From Gemmatimonadales bacterium (GTDB taxonomy: Bacteria; Gemmatimonadota; Gemmatimonadetes; Gemmatimonadales; GWC2-71-9): a stretch of DNA of 64,000 nt. A program made the position numbers and the translations under genes. The stretch is from assembly GCA_036558125.1 (NCBI GenBank), contig DATBGE010000146.1, positions 52,222 to 116,221 on the forward strand, given 5' to 3'. The notes below the pieces were generated by a model, which was not told the origin of the DNA, did not search any database, and was given only the letters and a program-made list of their open reading frames with translations. Numbering within the stretch: the first letter of the stretch is position 1; each line of letters begins with the position of its first letter. Shown here one piece after another: positions 35,013-45,402 of the stretch.

Positions 35013-36320
35013 ATGGCACCGGCCTTACGTCTCTGTCGGACCCTGATTCTCGCGCTGACTTTTCTGCCCCTGCTCGTCGGGCCTGGAGCAGCCCAGACAC
35101 AGACCCTCATTCACGCCGGCAGATTGATCGATGGCGAGTCGGATCAGGTGCGAACGGATCAGGGAATTCTGGTTGAGGGCGAGCGGATTTCGAAAGTGGG
35201 ACCCTGGAGCGAATTATCTGCAGCTGCATCCGGCGCAACCGTGGTTGACCTGACCGGAATGACGGTGCTCCCGGGGATGATCGACAATCATACCCACATC
35301 CTGCTGCAAGGAGACATCACCGCCCAGGACTACGACGATCAACTCCTGAAGGAATCCATTCCCTACCGCACCATCAGGGCGACCGCGGCGGTTCGCACCG
35401 CGCTTATGAACGGTTATACCACGATGCGAGACCTCGAGACCGAGGGCGCGATGTACGCCGACGTGGATGTGAAGACCGCCATTAACCGTGGGATCATTCC
35501 TGGTCCCCGGATGTTCGTCGTCACCCGGGCAATGGCTCCGACCGGCATGTACCCCCTCAATGGGTATTCCTGGGAACTGCGCGTTCCCGAGGGCGTCCAG
35601 ATTGTTGATGGTCCGGACAACGTGCGCAAAGCTGTCCGCGAACAGGTCAAGTACGGCGCCGATTGGATCAAGTTCTACGCCGACCGCCGCTACTACCTCG
35701 GTGACGACGGAAAGCTCCACAGCTGGGTGAATTTCACCGACGAAGAAATGAAGGCGCTGGTGGACGAGTCACACCGGCTGGGCCGCAAGGTTGCCGCGCA
35801 TGCGATCGGCTGGGATGGGATCGACGCGGCGCTCCGCGCCGGGGTGAACAGTATCGAGCATGGCGATGGGCTCACGCCCGAGCTGGTGGACCGGATGATC
35901 AAACAGAAGGTCTACTGGTGCCCGACGATCTTCGTCGGTGTCTACGTCGCCCAGGGCCGAGGCGGGATCTGGCCCAAGATGGTGGAGCTGGAAAAAGCCG
36001 CCTTTGCCATGGCACTCCGTCGCGGCCTGCTTCCCTACATATCCTATGGCACCGACGCCGGCGGTTACGCCTGGGACCAGAATCAGGCTCAGGAGCTGGA
36101 CTACATGGTGAGATACGGAATGACTCCGATGCAGGCGATCAAGTCGACCACGACCGTCGCCGCGAGGCTGCTGGATCAGAGCGCGAATCTGGGCGCCATA
36201 TCGGCGGGGCGGTACGCGGACTTGATCGCCGTCGAAAAGGATCCGCTGGCCGATATCACGGAGCTGCAGCGCGTGCAGTTCGTGATGAAGGGAGGAGTGA
36301 TCTACAAAGGCGGGAAGTAG
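35013..36320 (+). CDS. Amidohydrolase-superfamily metallohydrolase (secreted)
   Basis: Signal peptide, GMIDNHTHIL metal-binding motif, and HAIG...SIEHG. Confidence 0.85.
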   Translation: MAPALRLCRTLILALTFLPLLVGPGAAQTQTLIHAGRLIDGESDQVRTDQGILVEGERISKVGPWSELSAAASGATVVDLTGMTVLPGMIDNHTHILLQGDITAQDYDDQLLKESIPYRTIRATAAVRTALMNGYTTMRDLETEGAMYADVDVKTAINRGIIPGPRMFVVTRAMAPTGMYPLNGYSWELRVPEGVQIVDGPDNVRKAVREQVKYGADWIKFYADRRYYLGDDGKLHSWVNFTDEEMKALVDESHRLGRKVAAHAIGWDGIDAALRAGVNSIEHGDGLTPELVDRMIKQKVYWCPTIFVGVYVAQGRGGIWPKMVELEKAAFAMALRRGLLPYISYGTDAGGYAWDQNQAQELDYMVRYGMTPMQAIKSTTTVAARLLDQSANLGAISAGRYADLIAVEKDPLADITELQRVQFVMKGGVIYKGGK

Positions 36321-36331
36321 AGACCGGAGAG

Positions 36332-36351
36332 TGGCCGGGATAACCCGGCCA
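36332..36351. terminator. Short hairpin between convergent genes
   Basis: TGGCCGGG-ataa-CCCGGCCA. No clear U-tract. Confidence 0.45.
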
Positions 36352-36353
36352 TC

Positions 36354-36986
36354 TCAGTTCCGCAGTCCATTATCGCTCACGTACCGAATCAGGTCGGCGT
36401 TGGACATCATCTGCATCTTCTCCAGAATGCGGGAGCGATAGGTACTCACCGTTTTCGCGCTCAATCCCAGCCGCTCCGCCAGGACCTTCACGCTCAGGCC
36501 GGTCCCAAGGCCCCGAAGCACTTCGTACTCTCGATCCGAGAGCCTCTCATGCAGGACGGTGCTGGCGCCGGCCTCGAGGCCCGTGGCCAGCCGTTCGGCG
36601 AGCGCCGCGCTCACGTACTTGCCTCCGCGGTACACCTTCCGAATGGCTTCGATCAGCTGCTCCGGCGAGTGATCCTTGGTGAGATACCCTGCCGCACCGG
36701 CGCGAAGCGCGCGGACCGCCCATTGGTCCTCCGGATGCACGCTCAGCACCAGGACTTTGACCGAGGGGTGTTCCTTCCGGACCATCTGCAGTACTTCGAT
36801 GAAGCTGGGCCCTGGCATCGATACGTCGAGCAGGATGACGTCAGTCGGGGTTTCCGTCACCCGCCGCAGTACCTCACCGGCTGAAGCCGCCTCGCCCACC
36901 ACGGTAATTCCGGGGTGGTCCGCGGCAATCCGGCGAAGGCCCGCGCGGACGATGGGATGATCATCCGCGATCAATAGACGAATCAT
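36354..36986 (-). CDS. NarL/FixJ (LuxR-type) response regulator
   Basis: Receiver domain (LIADDHP...LDVSMPG) plus a C-terminal LuxR HTH (LSDREYEVLRGLGTGLSVKVLAERLGLSAKTVSTY). Confidence 0.9.
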   Translation of the reverse strand: MIRLLIADDHPIVRAGLRRIAADHPGITVVGEAASAGEVLRRVTETPTDVILLDVSMPGPSFIEVLQMVRKEHPSVKVLVLSVHPEDQWAVRALRAGAAGYLTKDHSPEQLIEAIRKVYRGGKYVSAALAERLATGLEAGASTVLHERLSDREYEVLRGLGTGLSVKVLAERLGLSAKTVSTYRSRILEKMQMMSNADLIRYVSDNGLRN

Positions 36987-38962
36987 GCAACTGCCTCCTG
37001 TGTCTCAAGTACCCGGGAGGGAATCCTCACCTCGACTCTGGTGCCCTCTCCCGGCTGTCCTGCTATTTCGAGAACGCCGCCGCTGGCGATCGCCCGCTCG
37101 CGGATACCGATCAGACCCAGTGAGCTTCGTCCCGCCAGCTCCACGGGAGTAATACCCCGACCGTTGTCCGTTACCACCAGACGCAGCTCATCGCGGGTTT
37201 GCAGCACCCCGATCCGGACCTTCGTGGCGCCGGCGTGCCGGGCCACGTTGGTCAGCGCCTCCTGCAGGATCCGGAAGATCGTAGTGGCTCTGGCGTCGTC
37301 CACCGGGCTGTCATCGGACTGCAGGTCGAGATCGGTCTCGATCCCGGTGCGCCGGAAGAATTCCTGGGACTGCCACTCGATCGCCGCGACCAGACCGAGC
37401 AGGTCCAGCACGCCGGGGCGGAGCTCGGTCGCAATGCGACGAACCGAGTCCACCGTGCCGTCCAATCGGGTAATGGAGTTGAGCAGGCGGTCGGAAAGGT
37501 CGCTCTGAGTCCGGGGCAGCCGACCCCGGACCCAGGAGAGGTCCATCTTCAGGCCGGTCAGCGCCTGGCCCAGCTCGTCGTGCAACTCCCGCGCGATGCG
37601 GGTCCGTTCCTCTTCGCGCACGGTCTGCAACCGCGCGGCGAGATCCCGCAGCTCCTGCCGGGAACGGCGCATCGCTTCTTCGGTGGCCTTCGCGTCCGTC
37701 ACATCCCATACGATGTCGAGCAGACAATCCTGACCGCCGAGGTTGATCTTCTCGGCCCAGAGCTGATTGATCTGGTGCTCCCGAAGCCGGGTCCGGGCGT
37801 CGAACTCGTACCGGCGTACCATTCCGTCGCGCCGGAGACGATGGACCAGCTCGTCCCGGGCCGCCGGCTCACGCCAGAGGCCGAGGTCGTGTGCCCGCCG
37901 GCCGATCACTTCCTCGCGCGGCAGGCCGACGTCGCGGAGGAAGGCTTCGTTGACCTCGATGAAGCGGCCCTCCTCGAGGGTCGCGATACTCATCGGGAGA
38001 GGAGAAGAGCGGAACGCCTTGGCGAATTTTTCCTCCGACTCCCGGAGCGCCTCTTCCTGACGAGCGCGTTCGCTGATGTTCCGCTGAATGCCGAAATGCC
38101 CGGTGATGCGGCCATCGGCATCGTAGAGGCAGACGTAGTCTCCCTCGATGAGCATCGGGCTTCCATCGCCCCGGCGCTCGTGGGTCACCGCGTGGAGGCG
38201 ACCGGCGTCGAACAACGCGCGCCATGCCGCGCGGCCGTGGGCCTCGTCGTGGGAATAAAAGTCGGCGGGCGTAAGCCCCAGCATCTCGCTCTGCTTCCGG
38301 CCATACTCCGCGGTCATCGCCCCATTCACCTTGGTGATCCGCTGATGGGTGAAGACGTAATCGAGGAGCTTTTCCTTGTCGGCCTGATCGTTCCAGCGGA
38401 TCGGCCGGTCCAGCATCATGAAGAAAAACCCGTCCAGCGACTGGGTGAAGAACGCCTCGAGCAGCTTCTGTTGGTCGCTGATCGTCGCCTCGGCGCGCAG
38501 CTGCTGGGTGAGGTCGTGATACACCTCGTAGAAGGCCACGGCCTTACCGTCCACCGTCAGCGGGGAGCCGGTGTGCGACACGTCAACCAGCGACCCATCG
38601 CGCCGACGACGGCGCATCTGCCGCCACATCCGGCTCTCCGAGCTGAGCGGCCGGTCAATGCCGGTGCTGGGGTCGGAGCCGGGTGCGCCGATCAGCCGGT
38701 CAATGTCTACGCCGATTGCTTCCTGAACCGAATAGCGGAACAGTCGGCTGAATTCGGCGTTGGCCCGAATCAGCCGGCCATTGAGGTCCCGGAGCGTCAG
38801 GGCGTGGGGGAAGGTTTCGAAGAGCTGCTCGAGGTAGGCCTGCTGGATCCGCAGCTGTCCCGCCGTCTCCCGGTAGCGCAGCAGAGTAACCCCTGCGGCG
38901 ACCAGGGCGAGTGTCAGGAGTACGAGGAGAACCATCGCCATCGTCCGTGAAAGACGAATCAT
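36983..38962 (-). CDS. PAS-domain sensor histidine kinase (HisKA_3 type)
   Basis: N-terminal TM segment, several PAS-like modules, H-box ARELHDELGQ, and HATPase DNGRGI...GLIGIRER. ATG 38962 is preferred over TTG 38995. Confidence 0.9.
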   Translation of the reverse strand: MIRLSRTMAMVLLVLLTLALVAAGVTLLRYRETAGQLRIQQAYLEQLFETFPHALTLRDLNGRLIRANAEFSRLFRYSVQEAIGVDIDRLIGAPGSDPSTGIDRPLSSESRMWRQMRRRRRDGSLVDVSHTGSPLTVDGKAVAFYEVYHDLTQQLRAEATISDQQKLLEAFFTQSLDGFFFMMLDRPIRWNDQADKEKLLDYVFTHQRITKVNGAMTAEYGRKQSEMLGLTPADFYSHDEAHGRAAWRALFDAGRLHAVTHERRGDGSPMLIEGDYVCLYDADGRITGHFGIQRNISERARQEEALRESEEKFAKAFRSSPLPMSIATLEEGRFIEVNEAFLRDVGLPREEVIGRRAHDLGLWREPAARDELVHRLRRDGMVRRYEFDARTRLREHQINQLWAEKINLGGQDCLLDIVWDVTDAKATEEAMRRSRQELRDLAARLQTVREEERTRIARELHDELGQALTGLKMDLSWVRGRLPRTQSDLSDRLLNSITRLDGTVDSVRRIATELRPGVLDLLGLVAAIEWQSQEFFRRTGIETDLDLQSDDSPVDDARATTIFRILQEALTNVARHAGATKVRIGVLQTRDELRLVVTDNGRGITPVELAGRSSLGLIGIRERAIASGGVLEIAGQPGEGTRVEVRIPSRVLETQEAVA

Positions 38963-39004
38963 GGTACGGGCGCTGCACCTACAGGTCAACGACAACGGGG
39001 CGGA

Positions 39005-39652
39005 CTAGTACCCCATTGCCGCAGACTCGGCCAGCGGCAAGTCCTGATTCGAAGCAGTCTCCGAGGCGAAAGTGACGTCAACGTGGACCACAATATCCTC
39101 GTGCATCTTCAGCACGCCGAGCATCCTGCTGAGTCCGCCAATCCGATAATCTTTCAGATTGAGCGGGACAGTCGCGCGAACGCGCACCGCGTTCTGATCC
39201 ACGGCAACCACGCCGGGGAATTCGACGTCTTTTTCTACCCCGTGAATCAGAAAGCGGCCGCGAAGGGTGACTTGAGCGGTGTCTCCGCTCCAGGCGCCGG
39301 CAGTGACACCGATCAGCTCGTACCGGATGGTCGGATACTTCTCGGTCTCCATGGACTTGTTCATGTCCTGGTCCCGCTTGTCCTTGCCGGTTCGGAGTGT
39401 CGAGACCGGGGCTTCCACCCATCCGTGGACGGAGGACAGCTCCGGGCCACCGGTCATCGCTCCGGACAAGGTCGTCGTCGTACCGGTGAAGTCGCCCACG
39501 GTAGCGCTGCCATCAAATGACAGCGTTCCGGCCACCACCTTCCCCGAGGCGATCGGCAGCTGCGCATCGGCCCGGCCGCTCAGCGCCAGAAACAGCGCGG
39601 TGACGACCCCAAACATGAGACGGGTCTTACCGTTGTGGCCGACAGCAGTCAT
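39005..39652 (-). CDS. YceI-family periplasmic protein
   Basis: Signal peptide and the pattern TLRTGKDKRDQDM...HGVEKDVEF typical of YceI. The start is uncertain: 39652, or TTG 39679. Confidence 0.8.
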   Translation of the reverse strand: MTAVGHNGKTRLMFGVVTALFLALSGRADAQLPIASGKVVAGTLSFDGSATVGDFTGTTTTLSGAMTGGPELSSVHGWVEAPVSTLRTGKDKRDQDMNKSMETEKYPTIRYELIGVTAGAWSGDTAQVTLRGRFLIHGVEKDVEFPGVVAVDQNAVRVRATVPLNLKDYRIGGLSRMLGVLKMHEDIVVHVDVTFASETASNQDLPLAESAAMGY

Positions 39653-39894
39653 CTTGCCCTCGTGGATCTGAGCCTCCAAAGCGAGCGGGCACCGTTAGAT
39701 GCCCGCCCGTTCCGGGAGCAACTCTCATCCGATGATGCACTTCGCATCCCGGCTCCGCTCCGCTACTCGATAAGGCGCAAAGAAGGTAGGGTCCGGATCA
39801 GGCCGGCTCGATCGGGACCCCACTGAGGGGGGGGTCGGACCTAGGCGAATGGGCTTGTAGGACCAGGGACTACAACGGGCGGGAGGGTACGCGT

Positions 39895-40872
39895 ATGGCC
39901 CACGGACGGATCTATCGCGACGTAACGGAAACAGTCGGCAACACCCCGCTGATTGAGCTGAATCGGATCAGCGCCGGCCTCCCGGCACGCATCGCGGTCA
40001 AACACGAGGGATACAATCCCTTCGATTCGGTGAAAGATCGGATCGGCAACGCGATGATCACCGACGCGATCGCCAACGGGAAGCTCAAGCCCGGGATGCT
40101 GATCGTGGAGCCCACCAGCGGGAATACGGGAATCGGCCTGGCCTACGCCGCGACCGCGTTCGGTTATCGCTGCATCTTCACGATGCCGGAGACCATGACC
40201 TTGGAACGCCGCCACATGCTGAAGGCCCTCGGCTGCAAAGTGGTGCTGACCGAAGGTCCCAAAGGGATGAAGGGCGCCATTGCACGGGCCGAGGAAATTC
40301 TGGGACGCCTGGGTAACAAGGCGTGGATGCCGCGGCAGTTCGACAATCCAGCCAATCCCGCGATACACTACCGGACCACAGGACCCGAGATCTGGACCGA
40401 CACGGAAGGCAAAGTCGACATCTTCGTGGCGGGCGTGGGTACCGGCGGAACGATCACGGGAGCGGGGAGGTTCCTGCGGGAGAGGAAGCCGAACATTCAC
40501 ATTGTGGCAGTCGAACCAAACGAAAGTCCCGTGCTCTCCGGGGGCGCACCGTCACCCCACAAGCAACAGGGGATTGGCGCCGGGTTTGTACCGGGAAACC
40601 TCGACACCACGATCTACAACGAGGTGGTACGAGTCACCAACGACGATGCCATCGCCACCGCTCGACGACTGGCGCGGGAAGAAGCGATTTTCGCCGGTAT
40701 CTCCTCCGGGTCAATCACCTGGGCCGCGCTCAAGGTCGCCTCGCGCCGCGAGAACGCGGGGAAACTCATCGTCTCGATTGTTTGCGACTTCGGCGAGCGC
40801 TATCTGTCCAACCCGGTATACACGGAGCTTCCCGACCCTGACTTTACGGATGTCGAGGAGGCGCTGGCTTGA
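39895..40872 (+). CDS. cysK: Cysteine synthase A (O-acetylserine sulfhydrylase)
   Basis: PLP-Lys context NPFDSVKDRIG, loops SGNTGIGLA and GVGTGGTITG. Confidence 0.95.
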   Translation: MAHGRIYRDVTETVGNTPLIELNRISAGLPARIAVKHEGYNPFDSVKDRIGNAMITDAIANGKLKPGMLIVEPTSGNTGIGLAYAATAFGYRCIFTMPETMTLERRHMLKALGCKVVLTEGPKGMKGAIARAEEILGRLGNKAWMPRQFDNPANPAIHYRTTGPEIWTDTEGKVDIFVAGVGTGGTITGAGRFLRERKPNIHIVAVEPNESPVLSGGAPSPHKQQGIGAGFVPGNLDTTIYNEVVRVTNDDAIATARRLAREEAIFAGISSGSITWAALKVASRRENAGKLIVSIVCDFGERYLSNPVYTELPDPDFTDVEEALA

Positions 40873-40876
40873 AAAC

Positions 40877-40910
40877 AGTAAGGAGTGAGGAGTCAGTCCC
40901 TACTCCGCTC
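40877..40910. repeat. Copy of the AGTAAGGAGTGAGGAGT 17-mer (heptamers TAAGGAG and TGAGGAG) with a short facing CT-rich segment
   Basis: Positions 40877-40893 are identical to 49095-49111. The copy begins 4 nt after the cysK stop. The opposing segment overlaps the last codons of the convergent P5C dehydrogenase gene. Confidence 0.85.
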
Positions 40911-42528
40911 CCATAAACGGATACTGGTAGTCCTTGGGCGGGTTGAAGTTCTCCTTGATGCTCCTTGGGGAAACCCAGCGCACCAGGTTGAGAACCGAGC
41001 CCGCCTTGTCGTTGGTCCCACTGGCGCGGGCGCCGCCAAAGGGCTGCTGACCGACGACTGCACCGGTCGGCTTGTCATTTATGTAGTAGTTCCCGGCCGC
41101 GTGGCGCAGCGCATGATCGGCCTCGACCAGCGCGCGCCGGTCCTGGGCGAACACCGCGCCGGTCAGGCTGTAGGGGCTGGTCTGGTCCACCAGGGTCAGG
41201 GTCTCCGTCCACTTGTTTTCGGGGTAGACGTGGAGGCTCAGGACCGGTCCGAAGATCTCCTCGCACATGGTGCGGTACTTGGGATCCTCGGCCTGCAGCA
41301 ATGTCGGCTCGATGAAGTACCCGGTTTCCCCCTTGCAGCCTCCTCCCGCCAGCAGCTTCACGCCTGAATCCTTTTTCGCCCGGTCGATGTACTCCTTGAT
41401 CCGGTCGAATGCCTTCTGGTCGATCACCGCCCCCATGAAGTTGCGGAAGTCCGCCACGTCGCCCATGCGAATATCGGCGATGAGCCCCAGCAACCGCTCC
41501 TTGACCCGGGGCCACAAGTTGGACGGCACGTAGGCGCGGGACGCGGCACTGCACTTCTGACCTTGATACTCGAAGGCGCCACGGACCAGGCCGACGCAGA
41601 GCGCGTCGACATCGGCGCTGGGGTGGGCCAGGACGAAATCCTTGCCACCGGTTTCTCCCACAATTCTGGGATAGGAGGTGTACTGGGGCAGGTGGCCGGC
41701 GATCGTCTTCCAGAGCGACTGAAAGACCTCGGTTGAGCCGGTGAAATGAATTCCCGCGAAGGCGCGGTCGGCGAGCAGCAGATCGCTGATTTCCCGCGCG
41801 GGTCCGGGCACGAGATTGATGACTCCCGGAGGCAGTCCCGCCTCTTCCAGACACCTCAGCACGTAGTAATTGCTGAGCGAGGCCGAGGCGGCGGGCTTCC
41901 AGACCACAACGTTGCCCATGATCGCCGGTGAGGTCGGGAGGTTGCCGCCGATGGCCGTGAAGTTGAATGGTGTGATGGCGTAGACGAACCCTTCGAGCGG
42001 CCGGTGATCCATCCGGTTCCAAGTCAAAGGCGCCGAGTGAGGCTGCTCTTTATAGACCTGTTCCGCGAAGTGCACGTTGAAGCGCCAGAAATCGATCAAC
42101 TCACAGGCGGAGTCGATTTCGGCCTGGTAGGCGGTCTTGCTCTGTCCGATCATCGTTGCCGCGTTGACGATCGGCCGATACGGCCCCGCAAGCAAATCCG
42201 CTGCTTTGAGGAACACGGCTGCCCGATCCTCAAAGCTCCAGTTTGACCACTCGCGCCACGCCTTCTGGGCCTCGCAAATCGCGCTCTTCACCTCGGCGCC
42301 GCCGGCCTGATGCACCTTGGCCAGCACTCGCTTGTGCCCGTGCGGACTCACGCAGTCAACCGTGCGACCGGTGCGAACCTCCTTCCCGCCGATCACGATC
42401 GGAATGTCGATCGTCTCGTCGGACATCTTCTTGAGCGCGGCTTTGAGGCTGGCGCGTTCCGCCGAGCCGGGCGCATAACTCAGCACCGGCTCGTTCAGTG
42501 GACGGGGGATGTTGATGGCACCGCTCAT
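40900..42528 (-). CDS. pruA: L-glutamate gamma-semialdehyde (1-pyrroline-5-carboxylate) dehydrogenase
   Basis: Aldehyde dehydrogenase catalytic contexts GETGGKD and YQGQKCSAASR. About 542 aa from ATG 42528. The track start at 42780 overlaps modC. Confidence 0.85.
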   Translation of the reverse strand: MSGAINIPRPLNEPVLSYAPGSAERASLKAALKKMSDETIDIPIVIGGKEVRTGRTVDCVSPHGHKRVLAKVHQAGGAEVKSAICEAQKAWREWSNWSFEDRAAVFLKAADLLAGPYRPIVNAATMIGQSKTAYQAEIDSACELIDFWRFNVHFAEQVYKEQPHSAPLTWNRMDHRPLEGFVYAITPFNFTAIGGNLPTSPAIMGNVVVWKPAASASLSNYYVLRCLEEAGLPPGVINLVPGPAREISDLLLADRAFAGIHFTGSTEVFQSLWKTIAGHLPQYTSYPRIVGETGGKDFVLAHPSADVDALCVGLVRGAFEYQGQKCSAASRAYVPSNLWPRVKERLLGLIADIRMGDVADFRNFMGAVIDQKAFDRIKEYIDRAKKDSGVKLLAGGGCKGETGYFIEPTLLQAEDPKYRTMCEEIFGPVLSLHVYPENKWTETLTLVDQTSPYSLTGAVFAQDRRALVEADHALRHAAGNYYINDKPTGAVVGQQPFGGARASGTNDKAGSVLNLVRWVSPRSIKENFNPPKDYQYPFMGAE

Positions 42529-42712
42529 GGACACGAAACCTGAGAACTGGAGGGCGAGGAGATTAGCCCCCCGCCCCCATATGCGGCAAGAGCGCTGGAA
42601 TCGCGCCAGCAACTGGGCTAACCCGAGGCCGGGACCACCTTCACCGCTCCCAGCGCGTACCAGCCATGGTCGTCTTCTGTCCTCCCAGGTTGGGGTTGGT
42701 GCGGCGAGCGGA

Positions 42713-43789
42713 TTACGAGTAGGTGCTGACGGCGGTCGCCTTGAAGCTGGCGTAGACCGGAGTGCCGACGACCAGGCCAAGGCGATCCACTGCGGCTTGA
42801 GTCACTTCAGCCACGAGAGGAGGCCGGGTACCCAGGACGACGCGAACACGTTCACCGAAGGGTGGCTCCGGAACGATCTCCACCACCGGGCCGCGAAACA
42901 CGTTCTGTGCGCTGCCCGCTGCTGGCGCGGCTGCGTAAAGCGTGATCTCGCGAGGGCTGACGGCTATGAAGGGGTTCTCACCGATTTCTGTTCCGGAAAC
43001 CAGGACCGGACCCTGCTCGGTTTCGATGCGACTCAACCCTCCGGGTTGGGGTACACTGCTCCGTCCCAGGAACAGGTTCACGCCGGTGAAGGCGGCCACG
43101 TATGGCGAGCGCGGCTGCCGAAGTAAACGATCCGGAGTACCCGACTGCACCACACGACCGCCATCGAGCACAGCGATGCGCTGACCGAAGACGACAGCCT
43201 CGAGCGGGTTATGGGTGACGAAAATCGTGGTGCACGGCAGTGAAGACAGCATCGCGCGCAGATCGCTGCGCACCTGGGCCTTTGTCTGGACATCGAGGGC
43301 CGCGAGCGGTTCGTCGAGCAACAGGAGCCGGGGTCTGAGGACCATCGCTCGGGCTAAGGCGACTCGTTGCTGCTGGCCACCGGAAAGGCCGCCAGGCCGC
43401 CGACCCGCAAGGTCGGCAACGCCAAACTGCTCCAGTGCCCTCTGGCAGCGTTCCAGGATTTCCGCGGCGGCCAGGCGGCGGGCTCGCAGGCCGAAGGCCA
43501 CGTTCTCGAACACGCTCAGGTGAGGCAGGAGCCCATAGTCCTGCGGAAGCCATCCGATCTGTCTCTCCTGCGGCGGAAGATTGATCTGCTGTGCGGAATC
43601 GAACCAGGTCGTTCCTTCCATTACGATTCGGCCCGAGTTCGGTTGGCTCAGCCCGGCCAGGAGGCGCAGGACGGTCGACTTCCCGGAGCCGCTCTCTCCC
43701 ACCAGAACAAGAGTCTCTCCCGGAGGGACCGCCAGCTCGAGATCGAGCGCGAAGGCGCTGTAACGGATGGCGAGGCGTGCTTCTAACAA
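42713..43789 (-). CDS. modC: Molybdate ABC transporter ATP-binding protein with a C-terminal TOBE domain
   Basis: Walker A GESGSGKST, LSGGQQQR and LLLDEP. TTG start. Confidence 0.85.
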   Translation of the reverse strand: MLEARLAIRYSAFALDLELAVPPGETLVLVGESGSGKSTVLRLLAGLSQPNSGRIVMEGTTWFDSAQQINLPPQERQIGWLPQDYGLLPHLSVFENVAFGLRARRLAAAEILERCQRALEQFGVADLAGRRPGGLSGGQQQRVALARAMVLRPRLLLLDEPLAALDVQTKAQVRSDLRAMLSSLPCTTIFVTHNPLEAVVFGQRIAVLDGGRVVQSGTPDRLLRQPRSPYVAAFTGVNLFLGRSSVPQPGGLSRIETEQGPVLVSGTEIGENPFIAVSPREITLYAAAPAAGSAQNVFRGPVVEIVPEPPFGERVRVVLGTRPPLVAEVTQAAVDRLGLVVGTPVYASFKATAVSTYS

Positions 43790-43798
43790 GTCGATCCT

Positions 43799-44590
43799 TC
43801 AGCGAACCCGGGACTGACCGTAGCGCAAGGCGAGCAGGAGCCCGAACGAGAGCAGGATCAGGAGTACCGATAGGGTGATTGCCGCGCCGAGGTCGTGCTG
43901 CATTTCGACATAAACCGCGAGCGGCATAGTCTGGGTGACACCGGGGAGGTTTCCGGCGAAGGTGATTGTGGCCCCGAATTCTCCCAGGGCACGGGCGCAT
44001 GCCATCGCGGTTCCGGCCAGGACCGAAGGGAGGCTCAGGGGCAGCACCACTCGGAAGAACGAGTAGAACTCACCGGCGCCGAGTGTCGCCGCGACTTCGC
44101 GATATCGGTGTTCAACCGTCGCAAAACCTGCTCTTGCCGGTCCGATAAAGAACGGCGTGGCCATGAACGCCTGGGCGACAACAACGGCGGCTGTGGTAAA
44201 CGGCAGCGACACACCCCACGCCCCAAGCGATTTGCCCAGCAATCCGGCTCGGCCGAAGGTGAGCAAGAGAATCAGCCCGGCCACCGTGGGCGGAATGACC
44301 ATCGGTAACTGGACCAGAACCTCGAGAACGCGCTTCCCCGGAAACTCCCTGCTCGCCAGGAGGTAGGCGGTCGGGAGCCCCAGCATCAAAATGAGCGCTG
44401 TCGCGAGCAGGCTGGTTTCGAGACTCAGCCAGAGGGCCTGCTGGATCTCCGGTCGGCCAAGACGGGTAATGAGCTCACCGGGAGGAGTGCGGAAGAGAAG
44501 CGAGATGACAGGTAGGACGAGAAGGAAAACGAGTCCACCGACAGCGAGCCCGACCAGAGCCCGAACACCAATGGTGCGAAGAAGCCTCAT
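43799..44590 (-). CDS. modB: Molybdate ABC transporter permease
   Basis: CysTW/ModB-type permease with the conserved cytoplasmic loop ARALGEFGATITFAGN. Confidence 0.85.
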   Translation of the reverse strand: MRLLRTIGVRALVGLAVGGLVFLLVLPVISLLFRTPPGELITRLGRPEIQQALWLSLETSLLATALILMLGLPTAYLLASREFPGKRVLEVLVQLPMVIPPTVAGLILLLTFGRAGLLGKSLGAWGVSLPFTTAAVVVAQAFMATPFFIGPARAGFATVEHRYREVAATLGAGEFYSFFRVVLPLSLPSVLAGTAMACARALGEFGATITFAGNLPGVTQTMPLAVYVEMQHDLGAAITLSVLLILLSFGLLLALRYGQSRVR

Positions 44591-45402
44591 TGAGAGAGCT
44601 GGCCCGTGGGTTCGACGGCCATGAACCCGGACTTCTTCAGCTCCGCTTGTCCCGTCGCCGATCCCACCAGCTCAACAAACGCCTGGGCCATTTGAGGAAA
44701 AGCTGACCTGCGGATCACGGCGATTGGATAGAGGGCAATAACGTTGGCCGCCGCCGGAATCGGGAGGACACCCACCTGCGCCGCTCCGGGTCCCGTGACG
44801 TCAGAACGGTACACGACACCGGCGTCCGCTTCCCCAAGCTGAACCTTCGCGACGACCCCCTTCACGTTGTCCTCGTAGCTAGCCACGTTTGCCAAGACCT
44901 GTTGCCCGATTTGGGGGCCGTACCCGAGTTGTGTGGCAAGCTTCTCGAGCATCTGCCGGGTGTACTTCCCCGCCGGAACCGCTTCCGCGGCGATCACGAC
45001 CTTAACGCCTGAGCGCGAGAGATCCTGCAGTCGTTTGATGCCGGCCGGATTGGCCCTCGGCACAATTACTACGAGGACGTTCTCGGCAAACACGACTGGC
45101 TCACCTTCCACCAATCCGCTGTCTTTGGCTATCTGCATCATGCGCTCGTCCGCCGAGGCGAAGACATCAGCCTTCGCCCCCTGCTGGATTTGCAGAACCA
45201 GTTGCTGGGAGCCAGCGAAGTTGAACCGGACGGTGGTCCCGGGATGGGACTGTTCGAAGGTCTTGCCCAGACGGGAAAACGGCTCGGTGAGGGACGCTGC
45301 CGCAAACACCGTGAGCGTCGTGGCCTGCTGTGCCGCAGCTGGCGAGACGGAGAGGCAAAGCAGGGCAACAGAAAGAGCAGTGGGGTGCGACCCGCGTTTC
45401 AT
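44587..45402 (-). CDS. modA: Molybdate-binding periplasmic protein
   Basis: Signal peptide and the pattern LTVFAAASLTEPF...FNFAGS typical of ModA. Confidence 0.9.
   Translation of the reverse strand: MKRGSHPTALSVALLCLSVSPAAAQQATTLTVFAAASLTEPFSRLGKTFEQSHPGTTVRFNFAGSQQLVLQIQQGAKADVFASADERMMQIAKDSGLVEGEPVVFAENVLVVIVPRANPAGIKRLQDLSRSGVKVVIAAEAVPAGKYTRQMLEKLATQLGYGPQIGQQVLANVASYEDNVKGVVAKVQLGEADAGVVYRSDVTGPGAAQVGVLPIPAAANVIALYPIAVIRRSAFPQMAQAFVELVGSATGQAELKKSGFMAVEPTGQLSQ

Noticed and set aside
39687-39702. GGGCAC...ATGC upstream of cysK, and TGGCAC at 26300-26305, considered as sigma-54 promoters.
   Set aside because: In the first, the GG-to-GC spacing is off by one. The second has no -12 GC element at the correct distance.
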